A DNA stretch of 64,000 bases from IMG/VR virus record IMGVR_UViG_3300046454_000431; one strand, given 5' to 3'. Below the pieces are notes generated by a model. The model was not told where the DNA came from, searched no databases, and was given only the letters and a program-made list of their open reading frames with translations. The stretch is from an uncultured virus (IMG/VR IMGVR_UViG_3300046454_000431) (taxonomy: Duplodnaviria; Heunggongvirae; Uroviricota; Caudoviricetes). Positions 35,579 to 45,524 of the stretch are shown piece by piece. Made by a program: the position numbers and the translations under genes. The first letter of the stretch is position 1. Each line of letters opens with the position of its first letter.

Positions 35579-36268
35579 ATGGTGCTTCGTCATGTTGTAA
35601 TTCGTGGAGTGGCCGAGATCGGTGACGTGGCCGGCTCGGTCGATCCCGGCTTTGGGCGCCCTGGCTTTGGCGGTCATCCCGATCAGGGCCTTCCCGGCTA
35701 CGGCCATCCCGATCAGGATTTGCCTGGCTACGGACATCCCGATCAGGGTTTGCCTGGTCACGGTCATCCCGATCACGATCTTCCCGGCAGGCGCCCGCGT
35801 CCCGATCAGGGCCTGCCCGGCTACGGTCATCCGGATCAAGGATTGCCTGGCTACGGTCATCCCGACAACAGCCTGCCCGGCTTGCCGGTTTATCCCTCAC
35901 AGGGTCCAATTCTTCCGGCCCCTCCCGGCCATCCTATTCCCGTGCCGCGCATTCCCGTGGTGCAAGCCATCGCGCTGCCTGAAGGCGAAACGCTGCCGAC
36001 TGGCGCGCCCCATCGCCCCGGCAGGATTTGCGTGGTGGTTGACGGCGAAACCAAGGCGGTTGGCTGGCTGCAGGGTTCGGATGATCTTCCGGTCGCAGAG
36101 CCGAAAGGCGATGCGCCTGTGCCTGGCGGTCATTGGGTCGCGGTCGAAGCCTTCCCGCAGGCGCGACCGAAAAAGTGCCCCGATGGCGGCGAAGGCGTCG
36201 GCAAGACTGGTTTTGCCTGGGTGTTTGAGGTGAAGGCCGACTGGGGAACCCAGCCGACGCCGGTCTGA
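35579..36268 (+). CDS. GHPDQGLPGY-repeat protein
   Basis: AGGAG RBS; seven ~10-aa repeats. Confidence 0.75.
   Translation: MVLRHVVIRGVAEIGDVAGSVDPGFGRPGFGGHPDQGLPGYGHPDQDLPGYGHPDQGLPGHGHPDHDLPGRRPRPDQGLPGYGHPDQGLPGYGHPDNSLPGLPVYPSQGPILPAPPGHPIPVPRIPVVQAIALPEGETLPTGAPHRPGRICVVVDGETKAVGWLQGSDDLPVAEPKGDAPVPGGHWVAVEAFPQARPKKCPDGGEGVGKTGFAWVFEVKADWGTQPTPV
35672..35882 (+). repeat. Coding tandem repeat, ~30-bp unit x7
   Basis: GGTCATCCCGATCAGGGCCTGCCCGGCTAC-like units. Confidence 0.9.
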
Positions 36269-36275
36269 AAACACA

Positions 36276-36312
36276 GAGGGCCGCTTCCAGTACATCCGTG
36301 GAAGCGGCCCTC
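36276..36312. other. 14-bp perfect hairpin without a U-tail
   Basis: GAGGGCCGCTTCCA-9nt-TGGAAGCGGCCCTC. Confidence 0.7.
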
Positions 36313-36373
36313 ATACCCTCGGTCGTCACCTTGAGCTTGTCTTACATCAGGAACAAATCAGGTTCAAGCCCTA

Positions 36374-36586
36374 ATGCAGACTTTCAAAAGCGTTTTTGCC
36401 GAAGAACTGAAGAAGCTCCTGCGCGAGCAGATCGAAGCTCAAAAGAACGACCTCGCATACGGCGCCAGCATGACGACCTTCGAAGCCTATCGCGAGGCGG
36501 TTGGCGTCATACGCGGCCTCAACAACGCCATCGACACCGTCGATGAGGCCGAGCAGAAGGCCAACGACCGCGAGCGCGGCCTCTAA
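36374..36586 (+). CDS. Small conserved head-module protein
   Basis: LAYG...FEAYR..VG.IRGL; precedes the GroES-like gene. Confidence 0.7.
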   Translation: MQTFKSVFAEELKKLLREQIEAQKNDLAYGASMTTFEAYREAVGVIRGLNNAIDTVDEAEQKANDRERGL

Positions 36587-36643
36587 ATCCTATTGTCAGC
36601 GCACTGACAGTGTGCGAGTAATTGCGTGTCACAGGAGACGCGC

Positions 36644-37030
36644 ATGGCCTTTGCCGAAATGCAACATGAACTGGAACCTCGCCTGAAGCTTCTGGATGAG
36701 CTTGGTGATCTGTCAGGGGTCGAACTTTTCCACAATCAGTTGCTGGTCGCGGTCTACATCAGGCCCGAAAAGACCAAGAGCGGCCTGTTCCTGGCCCAGC
36801 AGACCCTCAACGAGGATCGTTTCCAGTCCAAACTGGGCCTCGTCGTCAAGAAAGGCCCCCAGGCTTTCATCAGCGGCGGCGAATGGCAGTTCCCTGACAT
36901 CGAACTGCATGACTGGATCCTGTTTCGCCCCTCGGATGGCTGGAACATCACCGTCAGCGGCGTTCTGTGCCGCATCCTGACCGATACGGCTGTCAAGGGG
37001 CGCATCAGCAGCCCCGATCTCATTTGGTGA
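36644..37030 (+). CDS. GroES-like co-chaperonin
   Basis: NQLLV...EKTKSGLFL (mobile loop), GLVVKKGP, DWILF and RILTD. Confidence 0.85.
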   Translation: MAFAEMQHELEPRLKLLDELGDLSGVELFHNQLLVAVYIRPEKTKSGLFLAQQTLNEDRFQSKLGLVVKKGPQAFISGGEWQFPDIELHDWILFRPSDGWNITVSGVLCRILTDTAVKGRISSPDLIW

Positions 37031-37035
37031 GCGAC

Positions 37036-37881
37036 ATGGCGAAAGATCCGAATAGCATCCCGGCCTTCGATCCGAACACCGATTGGGAGCATGGCGGCAA
37101 GGAAGAGCGCGATCCGCTGGTCGAACTGCGGGCGCAACTCGACCGCGAGCGCGCCGCGCGCATCGAGGCGGAACGCCGCGCCAACGAATACGCGACCACC
37201 GCACACGGCGCGCAGGTCGAAGTGGCCGACAACGAGCTTAAACTGGTGATCAGCGCCATCGAGCGGGTCAAGGAGCACACCAACGCCCTGAAGGCCGCTT
37301 ACGCTGAAGCGATGCGCAATGGCGATTTTGACAACGCCGCTGAATTTCAGTCGCAGCTTGGCGACAATTCGGCCCGCCTGCTGCAGCTTGAAAACGGCAA
37401 GGCGTCAATGGAGGCGCAGCCGGCGCCGGCGCCGCCGCAGCCGATCAAGACGATCATCGATCCCGTCGAGGAATTGGCGAGCCAGTTGACGGCGAAATCC
37501 GCCGCCTGGGTCCGCGCGCATCCGGAATGCGCCCGCGACAAGAAGCTTTACGCCAAGATGGTCGCCGCCCACAACATCACGGTCGCTCGCGACATCGATC
37601 CCGACACGGACGATTATTTTCGCTCGGTCGAGGCGCTCGTCTACGACAGGCCCGCAGGCCAAGATTTGGACACCGGCGCCGACGATCCGCAGGCCATGTC
37701 CGCCAAGGCGGCGCCGCAGCGTGAATCGGCCCCGCCGGCTGCGCCTGTCAGCCGTGGGTCGAGCGGCAGGAGCGCCGTGCTGACGCCGCTTGAGCGCGAA
37801 TACGCCGAGATCTCTGGCATGTCCGAGCAGGAATACGCCAAGGCCAAAGAGGAAATGCGCAAAGCTGGGCGCATGCATTGA
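37036..37881 (+). CDS. Capsid scaffolding protein (putative)
   Basis: Coiled coil; C-terminal LTPLERE.A...GMSEQEYAK; position before the capsid genes. Confidence 0.7.
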   Translation: MAKDPNSIPAFDPNTDWEHGGKEERDPLVELRAQLDRERAARIEAERRANEYATTAHGAQVEVADNELKLVISAIERVKEHTNALKAAYAEAMRNGDFDNAAEFQSQLGDNSARLLQLENGKASMEAQPAPAPPQPIKTIIDPVEELASQLTAKSAAWVRAHPECARDKKLYAKMVAAHNITVARDIDPDTDDYFRSVEALVYDRPAGQDLDTGADDPQAMSAKAAPQRESAPPAAPVSRGSSGRSAVLTPLEREYAEISGMSEQEYAKAKEEMRKAGRMH

Positions 37882-37891
37882 GGAAAAGATA

Positions 37892-38473
37892 ATGGTCAAC
37901 CGTCCGCCTCCGCAGCGTTTCACCACCCAAGAGCCGAGAGTTGAAGAGGCCATGCAGGCGCCTTCTTTCATTGAGCGCCCGCCGCTTCGCCAGCCGGTCG
38001 AAACCTCGATGGACCGCGCCGCCCGGCGCACCTTGGAATTGCGCGGCCACTTCACTAACGGCGTTCTCGACGAGGGCGCCGATGAATTTTACATCAACCC
38101 CGCGATCATTCCGGAAGGGTGGTCATACGAGTGGAAGCTGTTCTCGATCCTCAACGAAGAGCAGTCGTCCTATCAGGTCACTCTGGCCCGCACGGGCTGG
38201 GAGCCGGTGCCGTCGGATCGACATCCCGAATTGATGCCTCGCGGCACTAAGGAAAAGACTGTAATGCGGCGCGGCATGCAGCTTATGGAGCGCCCGCTCG
38301 AAATCACGCTGGAGGCCAAGCAGCTTGAGCGCGACAAGGCCCGCCGCCAGGTTCGCATCAAGGAAGAGCAGCTTACTGCGGCGCCTCCGGGCCAGTTTGG
38401 GCGCGACAACAAGGGTGAACCCTTGACCCGTCTCGGCAAGACTTACGAGGCCATGCCGGTGCCAAATAATTGA
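37892..38473 (+). CDS. Conserved head-module protein
   Basis: IPEGWSYEWK...GWEPV...GMQLMERP. Confidence 0.7.
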   Translation: MVNRPPPQRFTTQEPRVEEAMQAPSFIERPPLRQPVETSMDRAARRTLELRGHFTNGVLDEGADEFYINPAIIPEGWSYEWKLFSILNEEQSSYQVTLARTGWEPVPSDRHPELMPRGTKEKTVMRRGMQLMERPLEITLEAKQLERDKARRQVRIKEEQLTAAPPGQFGRDNKGEPLTRLGKTYEAMPVPNN

Positions 38474-38611
38474 CGGCGCTTGACGGCGCCGTATTTTTGG
38501 ATGTACAAAACGTGTACTCGCTTCTCCCCGCTGTGAGAAGCCGTATTTTTCGGACCTCCCCTAGCCCCCGGTGTGGCATAGCAGGTCTTCCTTGAAAGAG
38601 GAGGGTGAGCT

Positions 38612-39220
38612 ATGGCCAATATCAATGCGCCTTTCGGGTTCCGGCAGGTCCAGGGTCTGGGCAGCGCCCCGACTTATGAGCACGTCGAAGTCGTCGTCAA
38701 CTACAACACCGGCGCCATCTACGAAGGCGACCCCGTGGTTCCGCTTGCTGACGGCACCGTCGGCCCCGCCACGCAGACCCTGGCCGTGCTGGCTTCCGGC
38801 ATCGCCGGCATCTTCAAGGGCTGCAAATATCTTTCCGTTTCGCAGAAGCGCACCGTCTGGTCAAACTACTGGCCCGGCAGCGATGTCGCGTCTGGCAATT
38901 CGGTCACCGCTCAGATCATCAATGATCCGAACGCCCATTTCATTGCGCAGTCCGACGCCACCGGCCTCGGTCTGGCCGATGTCAATGCGCTGATCGGCAT
39001 CAACATGGGCGTCCCGAATCCGGCCAACGGCTTCTCCGGAGCCTTCCTCGACACCACGACGCTCGGCACCGCGCTCGATCCGTTTATCATTGTGAGGATC
39101 CACCAGCAGCCCGCTGGCTCCCCCGGCACCTTCGTGCCGAGCGATGCGACGACCAAGCCCTATGACTGGGCCATCGTTCGCTTCAATAACGTCGTCACCC
39201 GTGGCCTCACCGGCATCTGA
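38612..39220 (+). CDS. Capsid decoration / minor capsid protein (putative)
   Basis: MANINAPFGFR, IYEGDPV, GIFKGCKY and IINDPN; immediately upstream of the major capsid gene. Confidence 0.65.
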   Translation: MANINAPFGFRQVQGLGSAPTYEHVEVVVNYNTGAIYEGDPVVPLADGTVGPATQTLAVLASGIAGIFKGCKYLSVSQKRTVWSNYWPGSDVASGNSVTAQIINDPNAHFIAQSDATGLGLADVNALIGINMGVPNPANGFSGAFLDTTTLGTALDPFIIVRIHQQPAGSPGTFVPSDATTKPYDWAIVRFNNVVTRGLTGI

Positions 39221-39248
39221 TCCGGCCATCACAAAGGAGTAACCCGTC

Positions 39249-40163
39249 ATGGCCGTCAATCTTAGCGCCATCAAAGACCTTCTGCTCCCCGGCCTCCGTG
39301 GGATCGAGGGCAAGTACGAGATGATCCCGTCTCAGTACGACAAGATCTTTACCAAGCACAACTCAAAGATGGCGCTGGAGCGCACGGCTGAGATGCGCTA
39401 CCTGGGCCTCGCCGCCCTCAAGACTGAAGGCGGGCAGACCCAGTTCGACAACGGCGCCGGCGAGCGTTACGTCTACAACCAGGAGCACGTCGAGATTGGC
39501 CTGGGATATGCGATGACCCGCAAGGCCATCGACGACAACCTCTACAAGACCCAGTTCCATCCCTCCAACCTCGGCCTGATCGAATCCTTCCAGCAAACGA
39601 AGGAAATCTACGGCGCCAACGTCCTGAATACGGCCCAGGCCTATAATCAGACAATCGGCGGCGACGGCAAGGCGCTCTGCGCGGTCGATCATCCCATCGA
39701 CAGCGGCCTCGTCGGCAACACGCCGGCGGTGCAAGTCGATCTCGGTGAATCGACCCTGCTCAACGCCATGATCGGCGTCCGGACCAACTTCAAGGACCAG
39801 GCGGGTTTGAAAGTTTTCGCTCGCGCGCGGAAGCTTATCATCCCGCCGCAATTGGAACCGGTAGCAATTCGTCTTCTCAAGACAGAATTGCGGCCAGGCA
39901 CGGCAGACAACGACGTCAATGCCATCCTCTCGACTTCGGGTGGACTGTCTGAAAGCTTCATGGTCAATGACTTCTTGACCTCGCCCTTCGCCTGGTTCCT
40001 TCTCACAAATATCGATGGTCTTTCCTTCATGGAAAGAATAAAGTTCGAAACGGATATGCAAGTCGATTTTGTGACCGATAACCTGCTCGTGAAAGGTTAC
40101 GAGCGGTATTCGTTCGGTTACTACAACTGGCGAGCAGTCTACGGCAACTTCCCGACCTCGTAA
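39249..40163 (+). CDS. Major capsid protein
   Basis: AAGGAG RBS; LLPGL, EG, DNLY, GGDGKAL...HP, KLIIPPQL, AWFL.T and ERYSFG..WR. Confidence 0.85.
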   Translation: MAVNLSAIKDLLLPGLRGIEGKYEMIPSQYDKIFTKHNSKMALERTAEMRYLGLAALKTEGGQTQFDNGAGERYVYNQEHVEIGLGYAMTRKAIDDNLYKTQFHPSNLGLIESFQQTKEIYGANVLNTAQAYNQTIGGDGKALCAVDHPIDSGLVGNTPAVQVDLGESTLLNAMIGVRTNFKDQAGLKVFARARKLIIPPQLEPVAIRLLKTELRPGTADNDVNAILSTSGGLSESFMVNDFLTSPFAWFLLTNIDGLSFMERIKFETDMQVDFVTDNLLVKGYERYSFGYYNWRAVYGNFPTS

Positions 40164-40187
40164 TACTGGCTCAGAAGGAGAAAGCAC

Positions 40188-40652
40188 ATGGGTGCGACAC
40201 ACTTCACGGGGCCGGTTATCGTAGGCGACCCCGCTGTTTCTCAGGGTGAGCTTGAATTGTATCAAGACACCATGATTACGTTTGCGCAGACGCCTGCGTC
40301 TTCGACGCTCAACTTCCCGCTCAACATTCCGGCTGGCTCCACCATCATGGGGTTTGAAGTCGCCTTGCTGACATCGTGGGTTGGCCCCGCCACGGCGGTG
40401 CTCACTATCGGCACCGACACCACTACGAACAAGGCCTCGCTCGTCGGCGCGACCGATCTGAAGGCGGCGGCGCCGTTCCCGGCCATGACGCAGTCGGCGG
40501 CGAACATCGCCGCCCAGCGCGGATACACGCTGCTTGGCGTTCCCGCGCCAAATCCGTCGGCGCTCAACATCCAGATCGTCACGGGCGCGGGCGCTCCGAG
40601 TGCCGGCGCCGCGCTGGTGTCCGTCCACTACATCCAAAATCCGTCACCTTGA
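40188..40652 (+). CDS. Virion structural protein (beta-rich)
   Basis: MGATHFTGPV; follows the major capsid gene. Confidence 0.65.
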   Translation: MGATHFTGPVIVGDPAVSQGELELYQDTMITFAQTPASSTLNFPLNIPAGSTIMGFEVALLTSWVGPATAVLTIGTDTTTNKASLVGATDLKAAAPFPAMTQSAANIAAQRGYTLLGVPAPNPSALNIQIVTGAGAPSAGAALVSVHYIQNPSP

Positions 40653-40662
40653 GGGGGCTTCG

Positions 40663-40905
40663 ATGGGCAAGTTTGAGAAGGGCAAGAAGCCTGCTTTCGG
40701 CGGCGGCAACGAGGATGTTAAGGAAGAGGCTGAAGAGAAGGGCGGCAAGAAAAAGCGTGTAGGCGGGCCGGTTGGCGCGTCTGCTCACTCGCACGGTGGT
40801 CGAGCGGCTCGCAAGAGCGGCGGCGCCTGCGAGAGCCACCTGTTCTCGTCAGCCGCTGCGGGTACGCATGCGCCTGGGCGGAAGCTGATGTCGAAGAAGG
40901 ATTGA
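40663..40905 (+). CDS. Small Lys/Gly-rich protein with xxGG motifs
   Basis: KRVGG, HSHGG and RKSGG; local similarity to 34014..35294. Confidence 0.65.
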   Translation: MGKFEKGKKPAFGGGNEDVKEEAEEKGGKKKRVGGPVGASAHSHGGRAARKSGGACESHLFSSAAAGTHAPGRKLMSKKD

Positions 40906-40909
40906 CGCC

Positions 40910-41575
40910 ATGCGGCCAGTCACCGTCTCCGCTGCGCCTCTGGCCGCCGCCAATACGACGGCTGTTTGCGCGTCACAAGTGCCGCCGGCGGCTCCCGGCG
41001 GCGCTCTGGTCCTGACTTCATATCCGGTCGTCCTTGACCAGGCGCGCCAGCTTGCTTTCACCTCGACCGGCAGCAATGTCGCCACCACATTCACGATCAA
41101 CGGCACCGACGCCTTTGGCGCCGCCCAGAGCGAAACTCTCGTCGGCGGCAATAACAGCACGGTCGTCACCACCAAAAACTACAAGACAGTCACCTCGATC
41201 ACCAGTTCAGTGACGAGCGCGGGAAGTGTGATTGTCGGCACCAATTCCAGCCCGGCGATCACGTCCTCGGCGTGGGTGCGCTTCGACGATTCCGGCGATC
41301 CGGGGGTTGCGATCCAGATCAATTCGGCTGGGGCCACCAATATTTCGATCCAGCAGACCCTCGACGATCCCAACAGCCCGACCAATCCGGTTGCGCCCGC
41401 CAACGTGAGTTGGGCGCCGCATCCCGACGCCACTTTGGTCGCCGCCGCCATGGCCACTGGCGCGGTGTTGCAGGGCAACTACGCCTTCAAACCAGTCTTC
41501 GCGCGCCTCCTGCTCAACAGCGGCGCCGGAACGGCGACGGCAACTTTCTGTCAAGCTGGCGGGGCTGATTACTGA
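40910..41575 (+). CDS. Virion structural protein
   Basis: Thr/Ala/Ser-rich, beta-type composition. Confidence 0.65.
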   Translation: MRPVTVSAAPLAAANTTAVCASQVPPAAPGGALVLTSYPVVLDQARQLAFTSTGSNVATTFTINGTDAFGAAQSETLVGGNNSTVVTTKNYKTVTSITSSVTSAGSVIVGTNSSPAITSSAWVRFDDSGDPGVAIQINSAGATNISIQQTLDDPNSPTNPVAPANVSWAPHPDATLVAAAMATGAVLQGNYAFKPVFARLLLNSGAGTATATFCQAGGADY

Positions 41576-41961
41576 TGCCTCCCCCCGGCCTATCAAACGG
41601 CCACAACAAGCTGGCCTCCCATCCTGGACTAGCCAAGCCTGGAGGCCTCGGCGGCAGTATCGGTTTGGGGCCGCTCGACGCACCGCTGCTCCGCGATCAA
41701 ACCCTGACCGTCAACCTTCCTGTTTCCATAGACGAGAAGATCGGCCAGGCGCGGAACTGGGGTGATATTGCCGACAAGTTCACCATCGTCTCGATTGAGC
41801 CGCCCGTCGCCGGCGGCTATTTCAGCATCAATAAAGCAGGCGAGCTTCACGTCACGCGCCTCGGCGTTTTGCACCTCCGCAGGCGCGAGTATCGCTTGAC
41901 GGTCGAAGCTGATAATGTCGTCGGGTCAGGGCGCGCGGTCATCACGATCAAGGTGGTGTAG
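41575..41961 (+). CDS. Cadherin/Ig-like domain protein (putative)
   Basis: YFSINKAGEL...EYRLTVEADN..G...ITIKV. Confidence 0.55.
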   Translation: MPPPGLSNGHNKLASHPGLAKPGGLGGSIGLGPLDAPLLRDQTLTVNLPVSIDEKIGQARNWGDIADKFTIVSIEPPVAGGYFSINKAGELHVTRLGVLHLRRREYRLTVEADNVVGSGRAVITIKVV

Positions 41962-41984
41962 CTGCCCCATCGTAGGGGGTTCGC

Positions 41985-42668
41985 ATGACTTACAGCGACA
42001 AGTTCAACTTCGCCCTGGGACTTAGCGACGTCACCCTCTATGCGTTCGGTCTGTGCGGCATCAGGCGCACCGCGATTCTCCAGGAGCATATGGCCGACGC
42101 CTATATCGCGGCCAATCTCCTCCTGGCCGACTGGTCAACCAAGGGCGTTAATCTCTGGCAGGTTTCCCAGATCTCGATCATCCTGGGCCAGGATGTCGGG
42201 ATCTACGATGTGCCGAACGAGGCCATCGTCATGCTCGACACCTTCGTGACGGTCGATGGCAGGGATCGCATCATGATGCCGGTCAGCCGCACCGAATATG
42301 CGAGCTACCCCAACAAGAACCAGCAGGGCGTCCCAAGCGTGTTCTGGATGGACCGCCAGCTTCCAGGGCGCGGCGGCATTCACATCTGGCCGGTGCCGGA
42401 TCGCGACGGTTACGTCCTGACCTACCACTATCTGACGCAGTCGATGTCCTCGAATTTCACCAACGATCAGCAGCCTCCCGTCCCGCCAGAGTGGCTTTAC
42501 GCCTTCGCTACCGGCCTGGCCGAGAAGCTGGCGATGTCCTGGGCGCCAGAGCGCCTGGCCTTTCTTTCGCCCATTGCCGAAAAGGCCTATGATACCGCCT
42601 CGCGCAGCGGCGTCGAAACCGCCCAGCAATACATCAGCCCGCAGATCGGCGGCTACTTCAGGAATTGA
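41985..42668 (+). CDS. Head-tail adaptor / tail tubular protein A-like
   Basis: NLLLADWSTKGVNLW, SRTEY...PNK..G.P, WPVPD and GLA..LA. Confidence 0.65.
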   Translation: MTYSDKFNFALGLSDVTLYAFGLCGIRRTAILQEHMADAYIAANLLLADWSTKGVNLWQVSQISIILGQDVGIYDVPNEAIVMLDTFVTVDGRDRIMMPVSRTEYASYPNKNQQGVPSVFWMDRQLPGRGGIHIWPVPDRDGYVLTYHYLTQSMSSNFTNDQQPPVPPEWLYAFATGLAEKLAMSWAPERLAFLSPIAEKAYDTASRSGVETAQQYISPQIGGYFRN

Positions 42669-42678
42669 GGAGTGAGCC

Positions 42679-43227
42679 GTGGGCTACGCATCGAAGCTCG
42701 GTCGAGCCAGGATCAATTCCCGCAATCCGCAGGCGGCGGCGATCTGCGACCGATGCGGCTTCGTCTATAATCACGTCGATCTTCAATTCCAGTTCGACTG
42801 GGCCGGCGCGACGACAGTCAACAAGCAGATCTTGGTCTGCAACAATTGCCTCGATACGCCACAGCAGCAGCTTCGCGCCATCGTCATTCCCGCCGATCCG
42901 ATGCCGATCAGCAACCCGCGCCCGCAGGAATATCGCGTAGCGGAGGCGAACGTGCGCGTGACGACCAATCGCTACGTGCCAGACGGCAAGACCGGCATTC
43001 CGGTTCCGGATCTCAATCCGCCGCCCACGGCGAGCGGTCAGCCTACCCAGCCCGCAGGGACGACGCGCACCACGCAAGTTAACGACACCCGCGTCACCCA
43101 GCAAACCGGCGCACCCAACGGCACTCTGAACCAGCAGCCCGGCACCGATCCGAATGCGCCTGGCAACGATGATCCGGGTCTGCCTTACCGCAACGTGGAT
43201 GTTCCAAACACGGGGCCGCTCAAATAA
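42679..43227 (+). CDS. CxxC...CxxC late protein
   Basis: AICDRCGF...VCNNCLD.PQ.Q...DP....NPRP. Confidence 0.7.
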   Translation: MGYASKLGRARINSRNPQAAAICDRCGFVYNHVDLQFQFDWAGATTVNKQILVCNNCLDTPQQQLRAIVIPADPMPISNPRPQEYRVAEANVRVTTNRYVPDGKTGIPVPDLNPPPTASGQPTQPAGTTRTTQVNDTRVTQQTGAPNGTLNQQPGTDPNAPGNDDPGLPYRNVDVPNTGPLK

Positions 43228-45524
43228 TGGCAAACATCCAGATCCCCAATCTCCCCGTCGCCGTTGCGCTGTCAGGCGACGAATCGCTCGAAATCGTGCA
43301 GGCCGGCGTTTCGGTGCGCGCCACCACCAAGCAGATGGCGCAACTGGCTGCGGTGGGAGAAGAAGGCCCGCCTGGGCCTCCTGGGCCTGTCGGCCCTCCT
43401 GGGCCAGCCAGCACGGTTCCAGGTCCGCAAGGCCCGCCAGGCACTGCCGGCAATCCTGGCGGCGCCGCCAATCAGATCCAGTACAACAACGGCGCGGGCG
43501 GCTTCGCCGGCTTCACGATGAGCGGCGATGGCACTCTGGTCGCCTCGACCGGCGCCATCACGATCACCAAGACCAATGGCGTGAATTTCGGCCCCTACGC
43601 CACGGCGACGACGCTCCCCCAGTTCAGCAGCACTGTCGCGGGCATTGTTCCGGCGTCAGGCGGCGGATCGACCAAATTCTTGTGCGCGGATCAGACTTGG
43701 GCGATTCCTCCAGGCACTGGCGGCGGGGGAACAGTCACGACCCCCGGCGGCCTCAACGGCCAGCTTCAGTATAACAATGCAGGCGCTTTCGGCGGCATAT
43801 CCACGAACGGCACGGGCGTTCCGCTCGGCACGACTGGTTCAACCGGCGTCAGCCACATCACCGATGTCACCGTGACTGGAGTTGGATCTGGCACGGGAGC
43901 GAGCGTAACCCTCAATAAAACAGTGGGAAACACCAGCGCCATCTATGCCGAGACTGGCGGCGCCCTGCGCTGGCAATTGAGCCTTGGCGACAATGTGGCG
44001 GAAAGCGGCAGCAACGCAGGATCTAATTTTTCTCTTGCTCGCTTCACCGATGCGGGCGCGTGGGTGGACAACCCGATCAGCATCACTCGCTCCAATGGCG
44101 ACACGACGCTGGTTCACAATCTTACGCTAGGTGGGAATGTCTACAGCAACGGCGGGCAACTCTCGGCAAGCGGCGCGAACGCCAATGTGTGGTTGAATAA
44201 GCCAGCTAGTGGAAGCGTGTGCGCGTTATACGGGGCTATGAACGGCAAGGCGCGCTGGCAAGTGACGGTTGGCGACAGCGCCGCCGAAAGCGGCAGCAAC
44301 GTCGGATCTGATTTTGGCCTATACCGTTTCAACGATGCCGGGGCATACCTCGACACCTCACTCGCCATCAGTCGTTCCAGCGGCGTCGCTACATTCTCAC
44401 AGCAAGTTTACGCTACTGGATTTAGGGTTGGCACAGGTACGGCTATCGCCGGCGATTCCATAGAACTCGGCAGGCCGGGGCAGAATGCGGCGGCTTTCAT
44501 CGACTTTCACTCCGGTGCGAGCAGCACTGATTATGATTGCCGCATCATATCCGCTGGAGGCACGGCGTCGGCGGGTGCTGGCGCTCTTAGTCTGATTGGC
44601 GCCACTACGGGCGTAAGTGGAAATTTTAGCGTAAATGGGGCGTCAAATATTAACGCTCTGAATTGCGGTACGATTAATTCTAACAGCAGCGATTACAGGT
44701 GGGTCACTGGTGTTCAACCAAATACGCTTACGCTGTCTGATGCGTCATTCAATGGCGGTCAGTACCGTGATTTTCACATTCGTGGCGTTGATTCTGGCTA
44801 CACGGTGGAAGTTCCGCTAAACGCCATATACCTCACTGCTCAAACTGTTCAGTGTGCTAATAACGTAAATGCCGCTGGCACCATCACTGGCGGAAATGTT
44901 ACGGCAACCAGCACAGTTTCGGGAGCTTACGTAACTTCATCTGGAACTGTGAACGGGCAGACTGTTCAGGGAACTTATCTGTATTCGGCTGGAAATGTTA
45001 ATTGCGCTGGAAACATGGGGGCCTCTGGCTCGGTTGATGGCGCTCAAGGCATCGTCGGTCGTCAAGGATCAGGCGGCGCGGCTGGACAGAATGTGTGCCA
45101 GTTCTGGGATGGCGCCCACATGAACCAGTATGTCGGCGGCACCTTCGTCGGCTACGTCCAATATATTTCCGACTACCGCGTCAAGGAGAACGTCGCGCCG
45201 CTGATGTCGGTGTGGGACCGCGTCAAGAACCTGAACCCGATCAAATACAGCCTCAAGGATTTCTCGCCAGAAGGTTTCAGGAACACGGTGGACGAGGCCG
45301 TGCCGCTGGTCATAGGCGATGAAAAGGAACGCTGGGGCTTTCTTGCGCACGAGCTTCAGGCGGTGCTGATCGAAGATGCAGCGAGCGGCGTCAAGGACAT
45401 CCCTAATCACATTCAGACGCCCAACCCGTGGACAGTGATCGCGGCGTTGACCAAGACGCTGCAAGAGGCAATGGCGCGCATCGAAGACCAGGACGCCCGC
45501 ATCAAAATCCTGGAGGGGGCATGA
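43227..45524 (+). CDS. Tail fibre 1 with a collagen-like segment and a C-terminal S74 chaperone domain
   Basis: GPP triplets; two AESGSN modules; SDYRVKEN...GFLAHELQ...coiled coil. Confidence 0.85.
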   Translation: MANIQIPNLPVAVALSGDESLEIVQAGVSVRATTKQMAQLAAVGEEGPPGPPGPVGPPGPASTVPGPQGPPGTAGNPGGAANQIQYNNGAGGFAGFTMSGDGTLVASTGAITITKTNGVNFGPYATATTLPQFSSTVAGIVPASGGGSTKFLCADQTWAIPPGTGGGGTVTTPGGLNGQLQYNNAGAFGGISTNGTGVPLGTTGSTGVSHITDVTVTGVGSGTGASVTLNKTVGNTSAIYAETGGALRWQLSLGDNVAESGSNAGSNFSLARFTDAGAWVDNPISITRSNGDTTLVHNLTLGGNVYSNGGQLSASGANANVWLNKPASGSVCALYGAMNGKARWQVTVGDSAAESGSNVGSDFGLYRFNDAGAYLDTSLAISRSSGVATFSQQVYATGFRVGTGTAIAGDSIELGRPGQNAAAFIDFHSGASSTDYDCRIISAGGTASAGAGALSLIGATTGVSGNFSVNGASNINALNCGTINSNSSDYRWVTGVQPNTLTLSDASFNGGQYRDFHIRGVDSGYTVEVPLNAIYLTAQTVQCANNVNAAGTITGGNVTATSTVSGAYVTSSGTVNGQTVQGTYLYSAGNVNCAGNMGASGSVDGAQGIVGRQGSGGAAGQNVCQFWDGAHMNQYVGGTFVGYVQYISDYRVKENVAPLMSVWDRVKNLNPIKYSLKDFSPEGFRNTVDEAVPLVIGDEKERWGFLAHELQAVLIEDAASGVKDIPNHIQTPNPWTVIAALTKTLQEAMARIEDQDARIKILEGA

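Noticed and set aside
35672..35882. 30-bp repeats as a CRISPR array
   Set aside because: The units are contiguous, in frame, vary at synonymous positions and have no unique spacers; no cas genes are present.
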